This document shows positions 12,480 to 28,740 of a stretch of DNA of 64,000 nucleotides, one piece after another. Origin of the DNA: Camelus ferus (Eukaryota); assembly GCF_009834535.1 (NCBI RefSeq), contig NC_045704.1, positions 21,328,001 to 21,392,000 of the forward strand, in the 5' to 3' direction. The notes under the pieces were generated by a model. That model was not told the origin of the DNA and made no database searches. It saw only the letters and a list, made by a program, of their open reading frames with translations. Made by a program: the position numbers and the translations under genes. Positions within the stretch are counted from its first letter, which is position 1; the number at the start of each line of letters is the position of its first letter.

Positions 12480-15100
12480 AATTTTATTTATTGTGACATG
12501 TAGAACACTGATCCCACAGTAGGATACTATGGGTACGCTGCAATGTCTGTACCCATTCTCCTGTGATGGGCATTTGGTTTGATTCCCCTGAAGGGCTTTG
12601 CAAACAGGGCAACCGTGAAGAGCCTCGCACAGCCTTCCTGGTGTCCACCCACCAGTGTCTCCAGGGTACAGATCCAGACGCAGAATTTTCAAGTCACCAG
12701 GAAAAGCAATGTTAAACTTTCCAAAGTGGTTAAACCACTTCCACTTGCTCTTCCAGCAAGTGTCTGAGAGTTTCTGTTGCTCCACATCTTCACCACACCT
12801 GGTATTGTCAGATTTTGCCACTTTTGTCATTTCTAGGTGAAGAGGGGAAGGTGTTTTCATTTGCATTTCCCATTGAAGTTGAGCACCTTTTCATACCTGT
12901 ATTGCATTTGGATTTTCTCTTTTGTAAAGTGTCTGCTTAAGAGTTTTGCTCATTTTTCTTTTGAGGTCGGCTGTTTGATTTTTAAGGAGTTCCTTGTATA
13001 TGCTGGGTATGTATCAAATCCTTAGTCTATATTATATGTTGCAAATATCTTTTCCCACTCTGTGACCATTTTCTAACGGTATCTTTTTTTTTAAGTGAAA
13101 AATCTTAAATATACACAAAAGTGGAGAGAACAGAATTCCCATAAACTCATAACCAGCTTCAACAGTTGTCAATTTATAGCTGATCTTATTTCCTCTCTAC
13201 CTGTACTTACTCCTTCCTCCTTGGATTACTTTAAACAAATTCCAAATATCTTATTATTTTACCCCCCAAAATTTAGTAAGTAGGTATCTATATGTGTAAA
13301 TATAAAAATATAACTGTATAACCATATCAGTCTAAGATATCTCTTTTATTTTATTTTATTTTTAAGATATCTCTTGAGAAATGCAAATTCTTAGTGTTAA
13401 TTAGTCAAATGTAACCACGTCATCTTTTACAGTTAGTGCCTTTTGGGGTCTTGATTAAGAAATCTTTTCTCTTCCTTGAGGTTATGAATTTATTATCCTA
13501 CATTATCTTGTAAAAACTCTTGTTTTGCCTTTCTGGGTCCGTGATCTACCTAGAGTTGATTTTTGTGCATGGTATGAGGTAGGAGTCTAGTGTAATTTTC
13601 ATCCATTTAGATAACAAACTAACTCAGCCTATTTATTGAAAAGACTGTCTTTAAAAAATTTTTTTCTAAGGCGGGGAGGTAATTAGGTTTTGCTTACTTA
13701 TTTTTAGAGGCGGTATTGGGGATTGAACCCAGGACCTTGTACATGCTAAGCATACACTCTACCGGTTGAGCTATACCCTCCCCCCTGAAAAGACCATCTT
13801 TTTCTATATTGTTTTGCAGGAAAACCTCTATCACAAAGCAGGTGATCTTATGTGTATTGGTATATTTCTGGAATCTCTGTTCTGTGCTAGTTCACCAATC
13901 ACTGCATTAATTCCCAAAGCTTTACAGTAGGTCTTGATATCAGGTAGGGTGAGACCTCTCACCTTGTTCTTCTCCAAGAGCATCTTTGTTAAACTTGGGT
14001 CTTTATATTTTTGCATAAAATTTAGGATCTGCCTTCAAGTTCCACAAGAAAAAACTTTTAGACTCTAGATTATGAATGGATTGAATATATAGATAAATTC
14101 AGGGAAAACTACTATCCAATCCAATAACATGATATATCAAACCATTTATTTCGATTTTTTAAAAAGTCTTTTATAAAGTTTCCCCGTACAGACTTTTCAC
14201 ATAGTTTGTTAGATTTATTGCTAGGTACTTGACCATTTATGCTAATGTAAATCGTTACTTTTCTCCACTTTTGTTTGGTTTATGGCTGGCACACAGCAAT
14301 GAAATCGATTTTTATAGATTGATTTTATATCCAGTAACTTAGCAAATTCTGATATGAATTCTAATAAATGGTCTGTAGAGTCTTCTGAATTTTCTTTAGC
14401 CAGAATCATATAATCTATTAATAATGAGGCCAATAACTTTCATTTCCTGCTTTACTGCAGAGTTAAGGTCTCTGGGATAAAACTGAACAAATGTGGTGAC
14501 AACGAGCATCTTTCTTTTTCTTATTCCAAACTTAGGAGGAAAGCTTTAAATATTTAACTATTAAATCTTTTAATACTTAACCATAAACGATGTTAGCTTT
14601 TGCTAGTGCTTTTCATCAAATTTTAAAATACACTTCTAGTCCTAGTTTTCTGAGACTTTCATGAGTTGATGCTGAATTTTATCAAACACCTCTGGCATCT
14701 GTTGAGATAATCATACACTTCCCCCCTTAACCTGTTAACGTGCTGGTTGACATTAATTGATTTACTAATACTCAGACAGCCTTGCATTTTCACTATAACT
14801 CTAACTTGATCATGATCTAATCAAATATGGCTTCTGTCTCATTCTTCTAGGACAACAATAAACTTGAGTTAGAAATTCTCTTTCATCCAATCTTTCATAT
14901 TTCTCTCTTTTTTTTTTTTTACCTCCACTGAATTCTGGAGAGTTTCTTCCAACCTACCTCCATTTTACAGCTACATCGAATCTCTGTAAACACTAATCTT
15001 TATTACCTAGTGAGTTATTAATTTCAGTGATTGCATTTTTCAGTTCTAGAATGCTTTTTGTTTTATATTCTAATATGCTCTCTCACTTTTTATAGTTTCC
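12480..15100 (-). mobile_element. Degenerate L1 (L1M-type) ORF2 and 3' region
   Basis: Minus-strand ORF fragments resemble L1 ORF2p: KNKVRGLTLPDIKTYCKA (13831-14016) and LLIDYMILAKENSEDSTDHLLEFISEFAK (14242-14433). Boundaries approximate; interrupted by younger inserts. Confidence 0.75.
13653..13785 (-). mobile_element. tRNA-Ala-derived SINE (vic-1 type) inserted in an L1
   Basis: Reverse copy; diverged TSD TGAAAAGACTGTCTTT / TGAAAAGACCATCTTT. Confidence 0.85.
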
Positions 15101-16739
15101 AGTTTCCTGATGAAAACTTCAAACTCGTGTTTTGTTTTCTTGAAAATACGTGTAGCTATAGTGCAGTGTAGGGGGTACAAGGACAAACTGTAAGTTCACA
15201 TGAAGGCCAGGTGACTCCTGGCCCATTCTGACCTGGAGCGTGATGGCCTTCAGGTCTCGCTTAAAATGAAGAGCTGAGGCTCAGACTCTCCAATCTGGGG
15301 GGACCTGGGTTACTTTTGCTCCTCTGGTCCCAGGCTGCCTTTCGCGTTGGAAAATGCCTTTAGAACAAATGAAGTTTGGGGCTCCTCTCTTATTTTATTC
15401 TGAATTTTCATTTTGATTTCCTTTTCCTCTTACTAGTGTTTTACTGCTTTTAGTAATATTTTTTCTGCATAGATTTTATCTTGCATTTTTATCTGTTATC
15501 CAGTGAAGGGTGGTTTCTGATTTCTTTAGAACACCATTCCTTTCAGGAGAAGTCCTGTGTTTTATTCTTGTGCAGAATTGAATTTATTTGTTTGTTGTGT
15601 TTTCTGAAATTAAAATACCTTTCCCCCCCAATTATATAGATGGAAAATACTTCCCGTAAAAAAAAATTAAATTAAAAAAAATTACAAATAATCTAAATTC
15701 CACAGCCCAGAGATACCACTGTTGACATTCTCTTGACTACACATTCATTCTTTATTCTATGCAGATATACAGTTTTACATACATCATTTTATATTAACAG
15801 CATCATTATAGACACTATTGTTCTCATATAGTTCCTTTATTTTCAACCTTCTTTTGTGCTTGCCCTCCACCATCTCCTATCCTGACCCATGTCACCAGCG
15901 TTACCAACATTAGCAGCCTGGGCGTATCCTTACATAGCTTTCTCTACCACCACTCAAATATGCAAACATATATATGCATATTTATAAGAGATTCTTTTTG
16001 GTCATTGTTTGGACAGGAATTTCCTACCTTATGAGTTCAGCCTCCCGGATCTAGAAGCCAGAAACCCACATTCCCAAGCTTCCTTGAAGCTGTGATGCAG
16101 GCGTGTGTTCTGCATTCTGTCAAGCAAATGCGCTCATGTTTAATTTTTTTTTTAATTTGGAAAATTTTGAAAAGACAGAAAAATAGAAAAGTGTGAGGAA
16201 CCCTCAATAATCTATCTACCCTCAACAACAATCCAACAATCCAACCAACAATCCTTTCCCACTCATTCCCCTCTCCTGTGTTGTTATGTAGCAAGTCCCA
16301 AATACCATCTTTCATCTGTAGGTATGTTGGGACTCACAACAGAATTTGATTTGAAAGAGAGTGAGGGGAAGAAGGAGACAACCTGGAAAACTGATTCTGA
16401 TGCAAATATCAGAAGTCTTAGCAGAAAGTGCTGGGTGGCATTAGGATTTGTGAATCCCAGGACTGATTCTCTGGCCCTCCTAGGGATTCGGACATCCTTG
16501 ATCACATCCGCTTTTCTGTTTAAACTAGTTACCTTGGCTTCTATGGTATGAGGTGAAGAACCCTGACTGCTACATTGGAATCAGGCATAATATTGATTAA
16601 ATGACCAGAGCCAGGGCATATGGCGTTCCTACTTTTAAACTGTGGAAGACGCGGGTTCTTTAAGAAAGAGGCGGGGATGGGAGCTGTCTTGGGCATCTGT
16701 TGTGCTGATGACCCAGTGCCCCTCTTCCCTTCTGGGAAT

Positions 16740-18220
16740 TAAACTCCCTTTGTCTTAGTGTAGGTTCCCCCCAAAACCAGAACCTGAAAAGAGGATTCAA
16801 GTTTAAGCCATTTACTTGGGAAATTCAGAGAATGCCAGCAGGGAGTGGGGAAGGCAGACAGGGAAGGGTGAGCCAATGAAGAATGTGTTATCTAGAGCAG
16901 CTGGAGCTTAATCTTGCTGGGGAGTTCTGGAAGATGGTAGAATCCTAGAGTTGTTCATCCAAGGGGTGAGGGGGCTGGAATATTTATCCACCAACTCCCA
17001 TCAGTTATTAGTAGAGGGCTGCTCCCAGAAGCATTAACTCCCTGGCCCCTTCCAGCTTGGGCAGAGTGGATCCTAGCAGCCAGAAAGAGCCCTTGAGAAG
17101 ACAGTCGCAGTGCAGGCAGTTGGAAGCCCAGTTGTGTGCTTGGAAATGATCACTGCTGAGGGAATATGGATGAGAGACCAACAGCATCCCTGCCATGCTG
17201 TTCCTCCCTTCCTTCTCTATTCAGTGTTCTCAGGGATCCTGCATTTTCTCATAGACTTCACCCCTAACCACAGCCATAGGTGATTATTTTGAGATAGGCA
17301 AGTTATTTGTGCTGAGCCAATCTTAGCCCTTTCCTAGTGTATATGTGTATACTTATATATAGTATATTATATATGGTATAATATGCATATATATAAATCA
17401 AGGAATCAGCAAGAGTGAGCTATTGATGGCAGAAACTCTGCTTTTCCATAAGGAATGGAGAGGGATGAACAAAGCTGGCCCAGAGAGAAGCAGACACAAT
17501 CTCTGGAAAGACAGTCCTGGAGTCTGTCCAGATCCATCTAAAGCTCCATCACCTCTTTCCCCTGATGTTCATGTGCTCAGCTTTCCCTTAGAGCACATGT
17601 GCGCTGGCCTCTGAACCTTCACAAACAGCACCCTCTAAGCTCAGCGAGTTCAAGCAAGGCATTCGAAACTATGTCATATAGGATATGGATTTGGCTGCAG
17701 TAACAAAGTCCCCCCAAATAACAGTGCTATTTCCATTGTCTCTTGCTTTGTAACAGGTTACCCCGACATGCAGTGGCTTAAAACAGTAAGACTGATTGTT
17801 TCTCATGATTCTGTGAGCTGGCGGCGGAGGTGGAGGTGCTTATGCTTCACATGGTATTGCCTGGGGTCATTCAAGGGGCTGCATTTAGCCGGGGGCTGGC
17901 ATGGCATGGAAGGTCCAAGACGACTGGATTTTCTGGGGCTCTGGCATTTGCTGTTGGCTGGGCTGCCTTGGTTCTTATCCCTGTGGCCTCTCTCTACATG
18001 CTGCCTCATCCTCTAGGGCCTCTTTGTGTGGCCTCACTCTCCAGGAAGGGAGCTTGGACTTCCTTGCAGCATGGCAGCTGGGTCCCAAGAGCATAACAGT
18101 GGAAGCTGTAAGGCTTTTTACAGCCTTGGCTCAGGGCGAGCACAGCATCCCTTCCACTGCGTTCTTAGTCAAAGCGATCTCATGGTCAGCTCAGATGCAA
18201 GGGGAAGAAAAATGGACTCT
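16740..18220. mobile_element. Cluster of ERVL-MaLR (MLT1-like) LTR fragments
   Basis: TGTCTTAGTGTAGGTTCCCCCCAAAACCAGAACCTG... and TGTAACAGGTTACCCC...CAGTGGCTTAAAACA...TTTCTCATGATTCTGTG; subfamily unresolved. Confidence 0.5.
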
Positions 18221-18224
18221 ATAA

Positions 18225-18410
18225 CTTTAAAAATATACATATTTCTATTGAAGTACAGTCAGTTTACAATGCTGTGTCAATTTCTGGTGTAGACAATACT
18301 TTAGTCACATAGGAACATACATTAATTCTCATATTCTTCTTCACCATAGGTTACTACAAGATATTGAATATAGTTCCCTGCGCTATGTGGTATAAAGTTG
18401 TTGTTTTCTA
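18225..18410 (-). mobile_element. Cetartiodactyl-type L1 3' end fragment
   Basis: ATTGAAGTACAGTCAGTTTACAATG...TTACTACAAGATATTGAATATAGTTCCCTG is a typical reverse L1 3' terminus; recognised from memory. Confidence 0.6.
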
Positions 18411-21249
18411 TAACTCTTTTTTTTTTTCTGTAACTCTTGATGAGAGGGATGGCATGTATATTGGGCAGAAGAAACTCTTGGTGACCGTTTTTGGAGACTA
18501 CCTGCCTTGAGTGGCTTAAACGAGGGAGGAGGTCCTCTCTCACATAACAGTCCAGGGCTGGCGTGGCTCTTCCAAGGTGATGGGCACTGAGGCTCCTTCT
18601 GTCTTGCTGCTGTTTTGTCCTTATGATGGTGTCCTTACCCACTTGTTCCAAGATGACACTTCCCTTGTTCAAATTCTAGCAAATGAGGAAATTGACTATA
18701 TCCTTCCACAAAAGCTAAGACCCATAAATAGCTCATTCACTTCCCATGCTGCCCATCAGCCAGAATGAAGTCACATGGCCACTCTAAATGCAAATGAGGC
18801 CGGATAATGCAGTCTTTAGTGACCAGACACTCTGATAAAAATTCTGTGCAAGAAGGAACAGGAGGATATGGGGGACACTACCGTTCTTATCTGGCAAATG
18901 ATTAATTCCAGAAGAAATAGTGGGCATGTCTGGGATACCCTCAAACCTCTGCAGAGACAAGGAGCCATGTTTAATCCAACCTGTTGCCACTGGTGGTCAT
19001 TCGGTCCAGTAGCCAAAGAACAGTGATTGAGCATCTCCTCTGTGTGCTGGGGAATACAACAGTGAACAAGACAGAAAGGTCCCTGTTCTCACGGAGTTTC
19101 CATTCTAGAGGAAGTGGCAGACAGTAGAAATGGGAATACCTAAGTCAGAGAATTTCAGGTATGGCCAATATGGGAAGAAAATGAAATTGGTGGGAGGTGA
19201 CATGAGCAGCAGTGATCAGGGGAGGCCTCTGTGAGGGTGTGACATTTGGGCTGACACCTGGAGGATGAGAAGGGGTCAGTTATACAAAGACTTCGGGGAA
19301 AGTATCATAGGCAGGGGGCACAGCAGGTACAAAGGCCCTGAGGTGAGAATGAGCTTGACTTATTCAAGAAACAGCGAGAAGGCCAGCATAGCTGGAGTAG
19401 GGTAACAGGGGGAAGAGAGGCAGGAGGGGAGGACAGAGAGATGGGCAGGTCTTTATGTTGAAGATACGTTTTTATCTCTCTTGGGTAAATGCCTACTTTT
19501 GCGGAATGGCCAGATCTGTGAGTAAGTGAATATTTCACTTTATAAAAGAAATGCCAAACTCTTTTCCAAGGTGGTGGCTGTTTTCCACTTCCCCTAGCAG
19601 TGTGTGAGATTTTCAATGGCTCCACATCTCTGCTGACACTTGGAAGGGCCAGTCTTTTTAATTTTTGTCATTGCAGTGGGTGTGTAATGGTATTTCATTG
19701 TGGTTTTTAGTTTGTATTTCCCTAATGACTAATGATGTGGAGAGCTTTTTCACATGCTTATTGGCTATTCACATCTCTTCTTTTGTGACGTGTCTGTTCA
19801 ACACTTTTGGCCATTTAAAAAAAGTGGGTTATTTGTCTGATTTTTCAAAAAGCTGCTGTGGGGAGGATGGGCTGGATGGGGGAAAAGTGGAGGCAAGGAG
19901 GGTGGGGAGGGACTCCAGCTTCCACAGAAGTGAGCTTGTCACAGGTTCAAAACATTGCCTGCTTTCTGGGAAAGTCAGCCTTGGCCTTCCCCAAGTCTTG
20001 GGCTGCTGCCAGGAGAGATTGAGACACTTTACAGATTTCGTGGGGGTGGGGGCACCCCTGCTTCCTGGATTCTGGCACTGTGAAGATGGTGGTGCCCTGC
20101 ATTTCAGCTTCTTCCTTCACCAAGTGGGATGGGGACCGTGGAGCAGAGACCAGCCCAGGCTGGCATCTTGGGGTCTGCACCAGTTCGGTTGTACCTGTTG
20201 CTAAAATATTGCAATGTTTGACTTTTGGTTGATAAAGAGTCTCTACCCGACATCCCACAAGTATCTGCCAGCATCCCAGTCCACTTCCTTGGGACACCTT
20301 GGACTTCCCCACATCTCAGCAACAAACGGTGGTTCCAGGACTCTGACCCAGCCCTATGGCCACATCTGTTCTGATTGGATGGCGCCTGGGTGTGGGGGCT
20401 GTTAGACTGAATTCTGGGAACAGCCCGGGCCTGGCTGGCGTTGGAAGGATCACATCAGGAGGCTGAGGCTGAGAGGTGGTGGGAGGATTTCTATTGAGGT
20501 GAGCCCAGAGCAGGAGACTTGAAGCACTATAATAACAATAACAATAATGATGTTGATAATAATGAACATTCATTGAGCAGATTCAGTGTGCCAGGCAGGC
20601 ATTATTCTAACAGACCTCCTCAAGTCCTCCCAATAAACGACTGGAACAGCAGGCTGGCCCCTGCCTCCCGCAGTCTGCTCCCCACCCTCAGCCAGAGGGG
20701 GCTGTGAACACCTGAGTCAGATCAAGGCCCTCCTGGCTCAGACCTTCCTCTCCTCCCTGATTGCCTGCTGCTCACTGGGCTTCAGCCACCTTGAGATGCC
20801 AGGTGTGCTGGTAAGGCCTGCAGGACCTGTCCTCTCTGGGCCCACTCCAGACAGACCTGGGGTGGGGGTGGGGTGGGGGCGCGGGTGAGTGTCGATTCTT
20901 CTGCGACAGGACTGCCAGGCCTTGTCAGTGTCAGCGGCATTAGCAGCCAGTGCTCCCTGGGACTTGGTCCTGATGGTCTTCTGGACTCCAAGTACTCTCC
21001 CTCCCCAACCCCAGCAGACCATTCAGCGTCTGTCCCATGACCAGCATCCAGTTTCCCCTTTTCTCTCCTGAGCCCCGGCCCCAGGGGGAGCGGTGGGTGT
21101 GATGCCTGGACGGGGGAGGGCTTCCTGCTGCTAACCCATCCCCCCCAGCGCCCTAACCTCAGGTTCCTCCTTTCCCAGCCCCAGCTCAGGCTCCTGTTTG
21201 GGGCTAGAAGTCCTTGTCATCTCCTGCGTAGCCTCCCTTGATACTCGCT

Positions 21250-22186
21250 TCCAGCCACTTCCTCATTTGGTGGGGGCCGCCCAGCTTGGCTCATGCTGTC
21301 ACAACCACGTTGTCCCCCACCTGCCTCACCCCAAAGCCCCAGTCCTGGGTCTGTGCTGTGTGCCTCTGTGTCACTGCCTATTCCTCTCCCTCTTTCTCTG
21401 CCTTGCCATCACTTTCTTCTTCCCTATCTTCCACCTTGCTTCTTTTTTCTTTCTCTCTAAGGGTCAAATATCTGTCTTTGGTTCCCGGGTTCCATTTCCA
21501 CCTTTACTTGCTGTGTGACCTTGGCACAGATTATCTTTCTGTAAAATGGGGCTAAGAGCATCTCCCTCAGAAGGGTGTTGTTGGGGGTTAAATGCATTAC
21601 TATTTGGGACAGAGTGTCCGCATGTCATTAGTATCCATATCCTGATGGTTCTCTTTTAATATCCTGTGAACATTACAAGGTTCTGATTATCAAATAACTG
21701 TAAGTGGTGCTAATAAAAAGCTGACAAGTGTCAGATCCTGTTCTAGAAATATTAACTCATGTGATCCCCGCAACACCCTACAAAGTAGGTACTATTTTAC
21801 TCCTCATTTTACAGATGAGGAAACTGAGGCCCAGAGAGGTTGAGAGACTTGCTCAAGGTTGCCCAGCCAGGAAGAAGGAGAGATGGGTTCACTCGTAGTC
21901 AGCCACTGACCCTCCTGTTACGATGATGTCTGACCCCTGTTTGGAGACGAAGGCCGAGCTGACACACATACCCTTTGCCCTTCATTCCAGCCTGGGGGCT
22001 GCAGCCTGGCTCCTGGGGTGTCTGGGCCTGATTCTTTCTGGTGTTATCTGTCTCTGTTCCTCCTCCCCCAACGTCTCCTCCTCCGTCCTGCCGCCACCCA
22101 CCTCAGACTTCCTCCTTTACTTGGTTGGACACTACGCCACATCCCATCCGCCGTGGACTGCAGTGTCCAGCACCGTCGCCTGCATC
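21250..22186 (+). promoter_or_regulatory. TYROBP promoter with PU.1/ETS sites
   Basis: CACTTCCTCATTT at 21256-21268 (rc AAATGAGGAAGTG) and ACTTCCTCCT at 22107-22116, upstream of the ATG; no obvious TATA box. Consistent with myeloid expression. Confidence 0.55.
21560..21875. mobile_element. MIR fragments upstream of TYROBP
   Basis: CCTCATTTTACAGATGAGGAAACTGAGGCCCAGAGAGGTT...CTTGCTCAAGGT is the MIR core. Confidence 0.65.
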
Positions 22187-24945
<2,759 letters not shown>

Positions 24946-25367
24946 GGCCCAGCCAGGGCAGTCAACAACCTGATGCCTGGATCCAGTCATTCCTGACACC
25001 TGCCCAGCACCCTATTCGACTCCCACTACGATACAGATCCACAGTGTCCTCCATGAGATGTCAGACCTCTTCCCACTATTGCCCCCAAATAAACATGGAG
25101 CGCATAAACACTGTTGAGTTATTCGAGATCCCTGGGCTGGTGGGATGGGCATATGTGGCGTTCTGGGGGAGATCAAAGACTCAGAAATAGCTAAATGAGA
25201 AAGAAGGAGGCTTGGGGGACTCTGGGTTCTTTGAGGAAGAATTCGAACTTGAGGTATTTCAATTGTTTTATTCCAGCCTCAAAGAGGAGTAGGTTTCCTG
25301 TGCCACCACACACAATCCAGGATGAGAGGGTCAGAAGTCAAAGGTCTCAGTTACAGAGTTCCAGGGC

Positions 25368-26600
25368 TCAGCCCCTGCCAGGCATGTTGATGTAGATTTT
25401 GCCATCTTCTGGGGGTGGGGGAGAGAAAGCACGAGGCCTGACCACCCACCTCCCACCCACATCGCCACCTCCCTGGGGACCCCCTGCTTCAGGGGTTTCC
25501 TCAGGAGTTCCCCCAAGCACCGCCCCCAGGGTTTCCCCAGAACCTCCAGGGCTTGCCCGGGGGCCCCCGCCCGGGGACCCCCTCCCTCGGGACCAGGCCT
25601 GGCTCTGTCCCTGCCCCCACCTTGGGTGGGCCTGCCGCGTGGGCGGGCACACAGAAACACCACCACCACGATCAGCAGTGACACAACAGCATCTGCGGCC
25701 ACGAGCCCCACCAGGAGTGGCAGGGAGAGGGGCCCACATCCGGAACAGGAACCTTAAGGGTGGGGGCCAAGACAAGAAGGTGGCTGAGGGGGCTTCCAGG
25801 CATTCAGGGCTGGGCTTTGGGTATAGGGGGCAGAGGAAGTCCCTGTGGGGGTGGGTATCCCAGATTCCCGGGGAATGAGAGGGGAGATGGAGATCCAGAG
25901 AGAGGTTGCGGGTGTCCCAAGGCTCTCGAGGCTCTGCTTTGGGTATAGTGGGTACACCTGAAGACAGGTCGGGGGTGGCCAAGTCCTTGGGCCTTCAATT
26001 TGGTGATGAGATGGGGACCCAGAGAGGGGATGAGAGGTAAGATGGTGACCTGGAGAACCTCTGGGGATGTTCCAGGACACTCAGGCCACACTTGACAGAT
26101 GGAAGCAGTACCTGAAGCGATGCAGCAAAGGGGAAGGGGTGTTGATTTCTCACCTGGGGTCATCTGAGCGGCAGCCACTGTAGAAGGAGAGGGAAGGTCG
26201 ATCAGCAGGGAGAGGTGGTTCCCAAAACAGGGTGCAGGGGAAGGTGATGTCCTGAGAAGTAACCTCCACTCCAGAGAGATCAAATGAGAAAAAGGGGCCC
26301 AATGGGAGGGGAGCTCCCAGAGACAGAGAGAGGCAGAAAATCAGAAGTAAAGGCAGAGACCCAGCAGTGAGAAGGGGATGAACAGCCACTCCAAACCCAG
26401 CTTCCCTCCCCCAAAGAACCAGGCCAGAAGCCTATCTCTAGAAGGGAAAGGGCACCCGGAGAAGGACCCACACTCAGCACCCCTCCCTTCAGATACCACC
26501 CAAAACCTCCCCTTTCACAAAACTCTGCCTAACACCCCCCACAGCTGCTGGCTTCACCTGGGAGCAAAAGCAGGAACAGGATGTCACCTGAAGGGACCAT
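25368..26600 (-). CDS. HCST: HCST / DAP10 adaptor, 4 exons, 79 aa
   Basis: Exons 26600-26558, 26177-26154 (alternative donor extends it to 26112), 25752-25621, 25408-25368. Protein [79 protein letters not shown], with CxxC, TM Asp and the YINM p85/Grb2 motif. Minus-strand AATAAA at 25267-25272. Confidence 0.97.
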
Positions 26601-28559
26601 GGTAGGCTGGGGGCTGGAAGGGGTCTGGCAAAGGGCTTTGTTTCCAGAGAGGTCCTGAGGAACAGTGGGGGAATAGAGAGGCAGCAATAGCGGATGTCAC
26701 TCTTGCTGGTGACAAGGCCACCTGCTTCCTGTGTGCATGTGTGGGAGGGGAAGAGCTGGTGGATCCCTGTGACTGCCTTTGGGGACAAACTGGGGGGAGG
26801 GTCAGAGAACCAGGGAGGCTGTTCTGATAGTTCAGATGGGAGGTGACAGATAGCCCAGGGTGTGGGCACTGGGGAGATTCTGGTAAGGTTTTGGAGTTAG
26901 AGCCAACAAAACTTGCTGATGGAGTGGATATGAGTATGTACGAGAGACAGCATTCCAGGATGACCAAACTCCTGGCCTGAGCAACTGGAAAGATGAGCAT
27001 CCTTTGACCGGGTAGAGGAGGGGAAGCAGGTTTGGGGGGAAGTGCCAAGGTTTGGGCACACTGAGTTGGAAATGCCTGATGGATCTCCCTGTGGAGAAAC
27101 TGAATGACCACAGCTGCCTCTATAAGTTCAGGGGATAAATCTGGTCTGGAGATGTAAATTTGGGGGTTGATGGCCTATGGATGGTATTTAAAGCCATGAG
27201 ACGGGGTGAGATCATTGAGGAAGTGAGTCCAGACAGAGGCGCAACACCAAACACACCACCTCCCCCCAACACCAAGAATGGATGAAGAGGAGGAAACAGC
27301 CAGGAAAACAGAAGGGGCAGCAAGCGAGGGAGGAGAATCAGGAGAGCATGGAGTCTTGAAATCAGGGGAGAAATATGATTTACATCGTCACCAAGTTAAG
27401 AACTGAGAATGAGCCTCCCACTGGAATGTCAGTCTGCTAGAGGGCTGGGAATTCCTGCCTGCTGAGTTCATAGCTATACCATAGCACCCAGCAAAGTGCC
27501 TCCCTTGTGGTAATTAATTATTTTTAATGATGAATGCATAAAGGAGAACTGACCTCTGAAAAAGAAGGGGATGTGGGAAAGAGGGAGAAATTGAGTCCAC
27601 CTATATCACTTTTATGTATACAGATCTTTCCTCTCTGGAGACCAGGGAGTCCAGAACCCCAGTCGCCTTCTTCCTCAGGACCCAGTAATAATGCCACCAC
27701 CACACGCCTATGCCAGCCCAGGATCCAGGAGTCAAGGCCTCCAACACCCCCTTGGACAGAGATGCCAAAACCCAGGTCCCCAGTTCCCTCTTCCTTCAGG
27801 AGTCCTCCACCCCAGGCCCCTTCTCCCTCAGACCAAAGATGGGGCTCCCAAACCCCTCTTTCCGGGTTGACTCAGGAGTCTGGCCCTCAGAGTCAGCCCC
27901 GCCCATTCAGAGACTGGGTTTGCTACAGCGCAAAGTGGGGACTCCCGGGCCTGTGGGCGGGGCCCTGCCTAGGACTGGGCGGTGCCAGAACCTCAGTTTA
28001 AAAACTCGCGGGGGACCCGACACAAGATCGGGGACCCGGCGGCGGCTCCGCGGGGAAACAGCGAGACTGGCGCAGCGCCGAGGCCGGGGCCCTGGGGGCC
28101 CGCAATCCACGCCACGGAATCCCCGAGGTAACGGGCGGGGAGGTGAGGCGCGCTGGCCCCTAAGAGTGGGGCTGGGAGGCGGTCACTTGAGGCTCTAAAG
28201 GATTGAGCTGGAGCACTAAGTCCTGGGTCCTGAGAGTGAGGGTACCCGGTGTTTGGAGGGGCAGAAGGCCCAGACTCCTTGGTCGTGATAGAGGAGCGGC
28301 TGGGATTCTGGACTCCTGAATCCCAGGGGGGCGGGGGCGTTAAAGGACTGGGGATCCGGTATCCTAGGTCCCGCGGGTGAAAGCGCTGGGAGCCCGGACG
28401 CCTGGGTCCTGGGAGGAGGGGGCTGGCGGCCTGGACTCCAAGCTCCAGAAAGAGGCTGGATCGTGTCCTTGGGGGGCGTGGTTGTTTAAAATCAGCCAAG
28501 GTTTCAGTGGGGAAGGTCCGGCGCTTGGCCGCAGGGATCCACGCTGGTCGTGACCCTGC

Positions 28560-28740
28560 CTCCGCCTCGGGATTTCCCGAGTCACCACTCGGCCTGGGTC
28601 CCGGGGCTGAGGAGGAATTCCCCACGTGCGCCACGCTTGGCCACGCATCGCGTCTCGGAGCCGGACACCTGGGGCGCGGGGCAGAGAGGAAGAGGGAGGT
28701 GGAAGATTCCCTTGCGTGAGCTCTGTGACGTCAGCGCGTC
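28560..28740 (+). promoter_or_regulatory. NFKBID promoter: kappaB sites plus full CRE within a CpG island
   Basis: GGGATTTCCC 28569-28578, GGAATTCCCC 28614-28623, CACGTG 28623-28628, GGAAGATTCCC 28701-28711, TGACGTCA 28726-28733. Confidence 0.75.

Noticed and set aside
19665-20204. 179-aa plus-strand ORF
   Set aside because: The N-terminal part is antisense L1 3' sequence (LVCISLMTNDVESFFTCLLAIHISSF); the rest has no recognisable domain or splice support.
20889-21071. Small ORFs upstream of TYROBP as an extra gene
   Set aside because: No recognisable homology, splice chain or poly(A) context; GC-rich chance ORFs.
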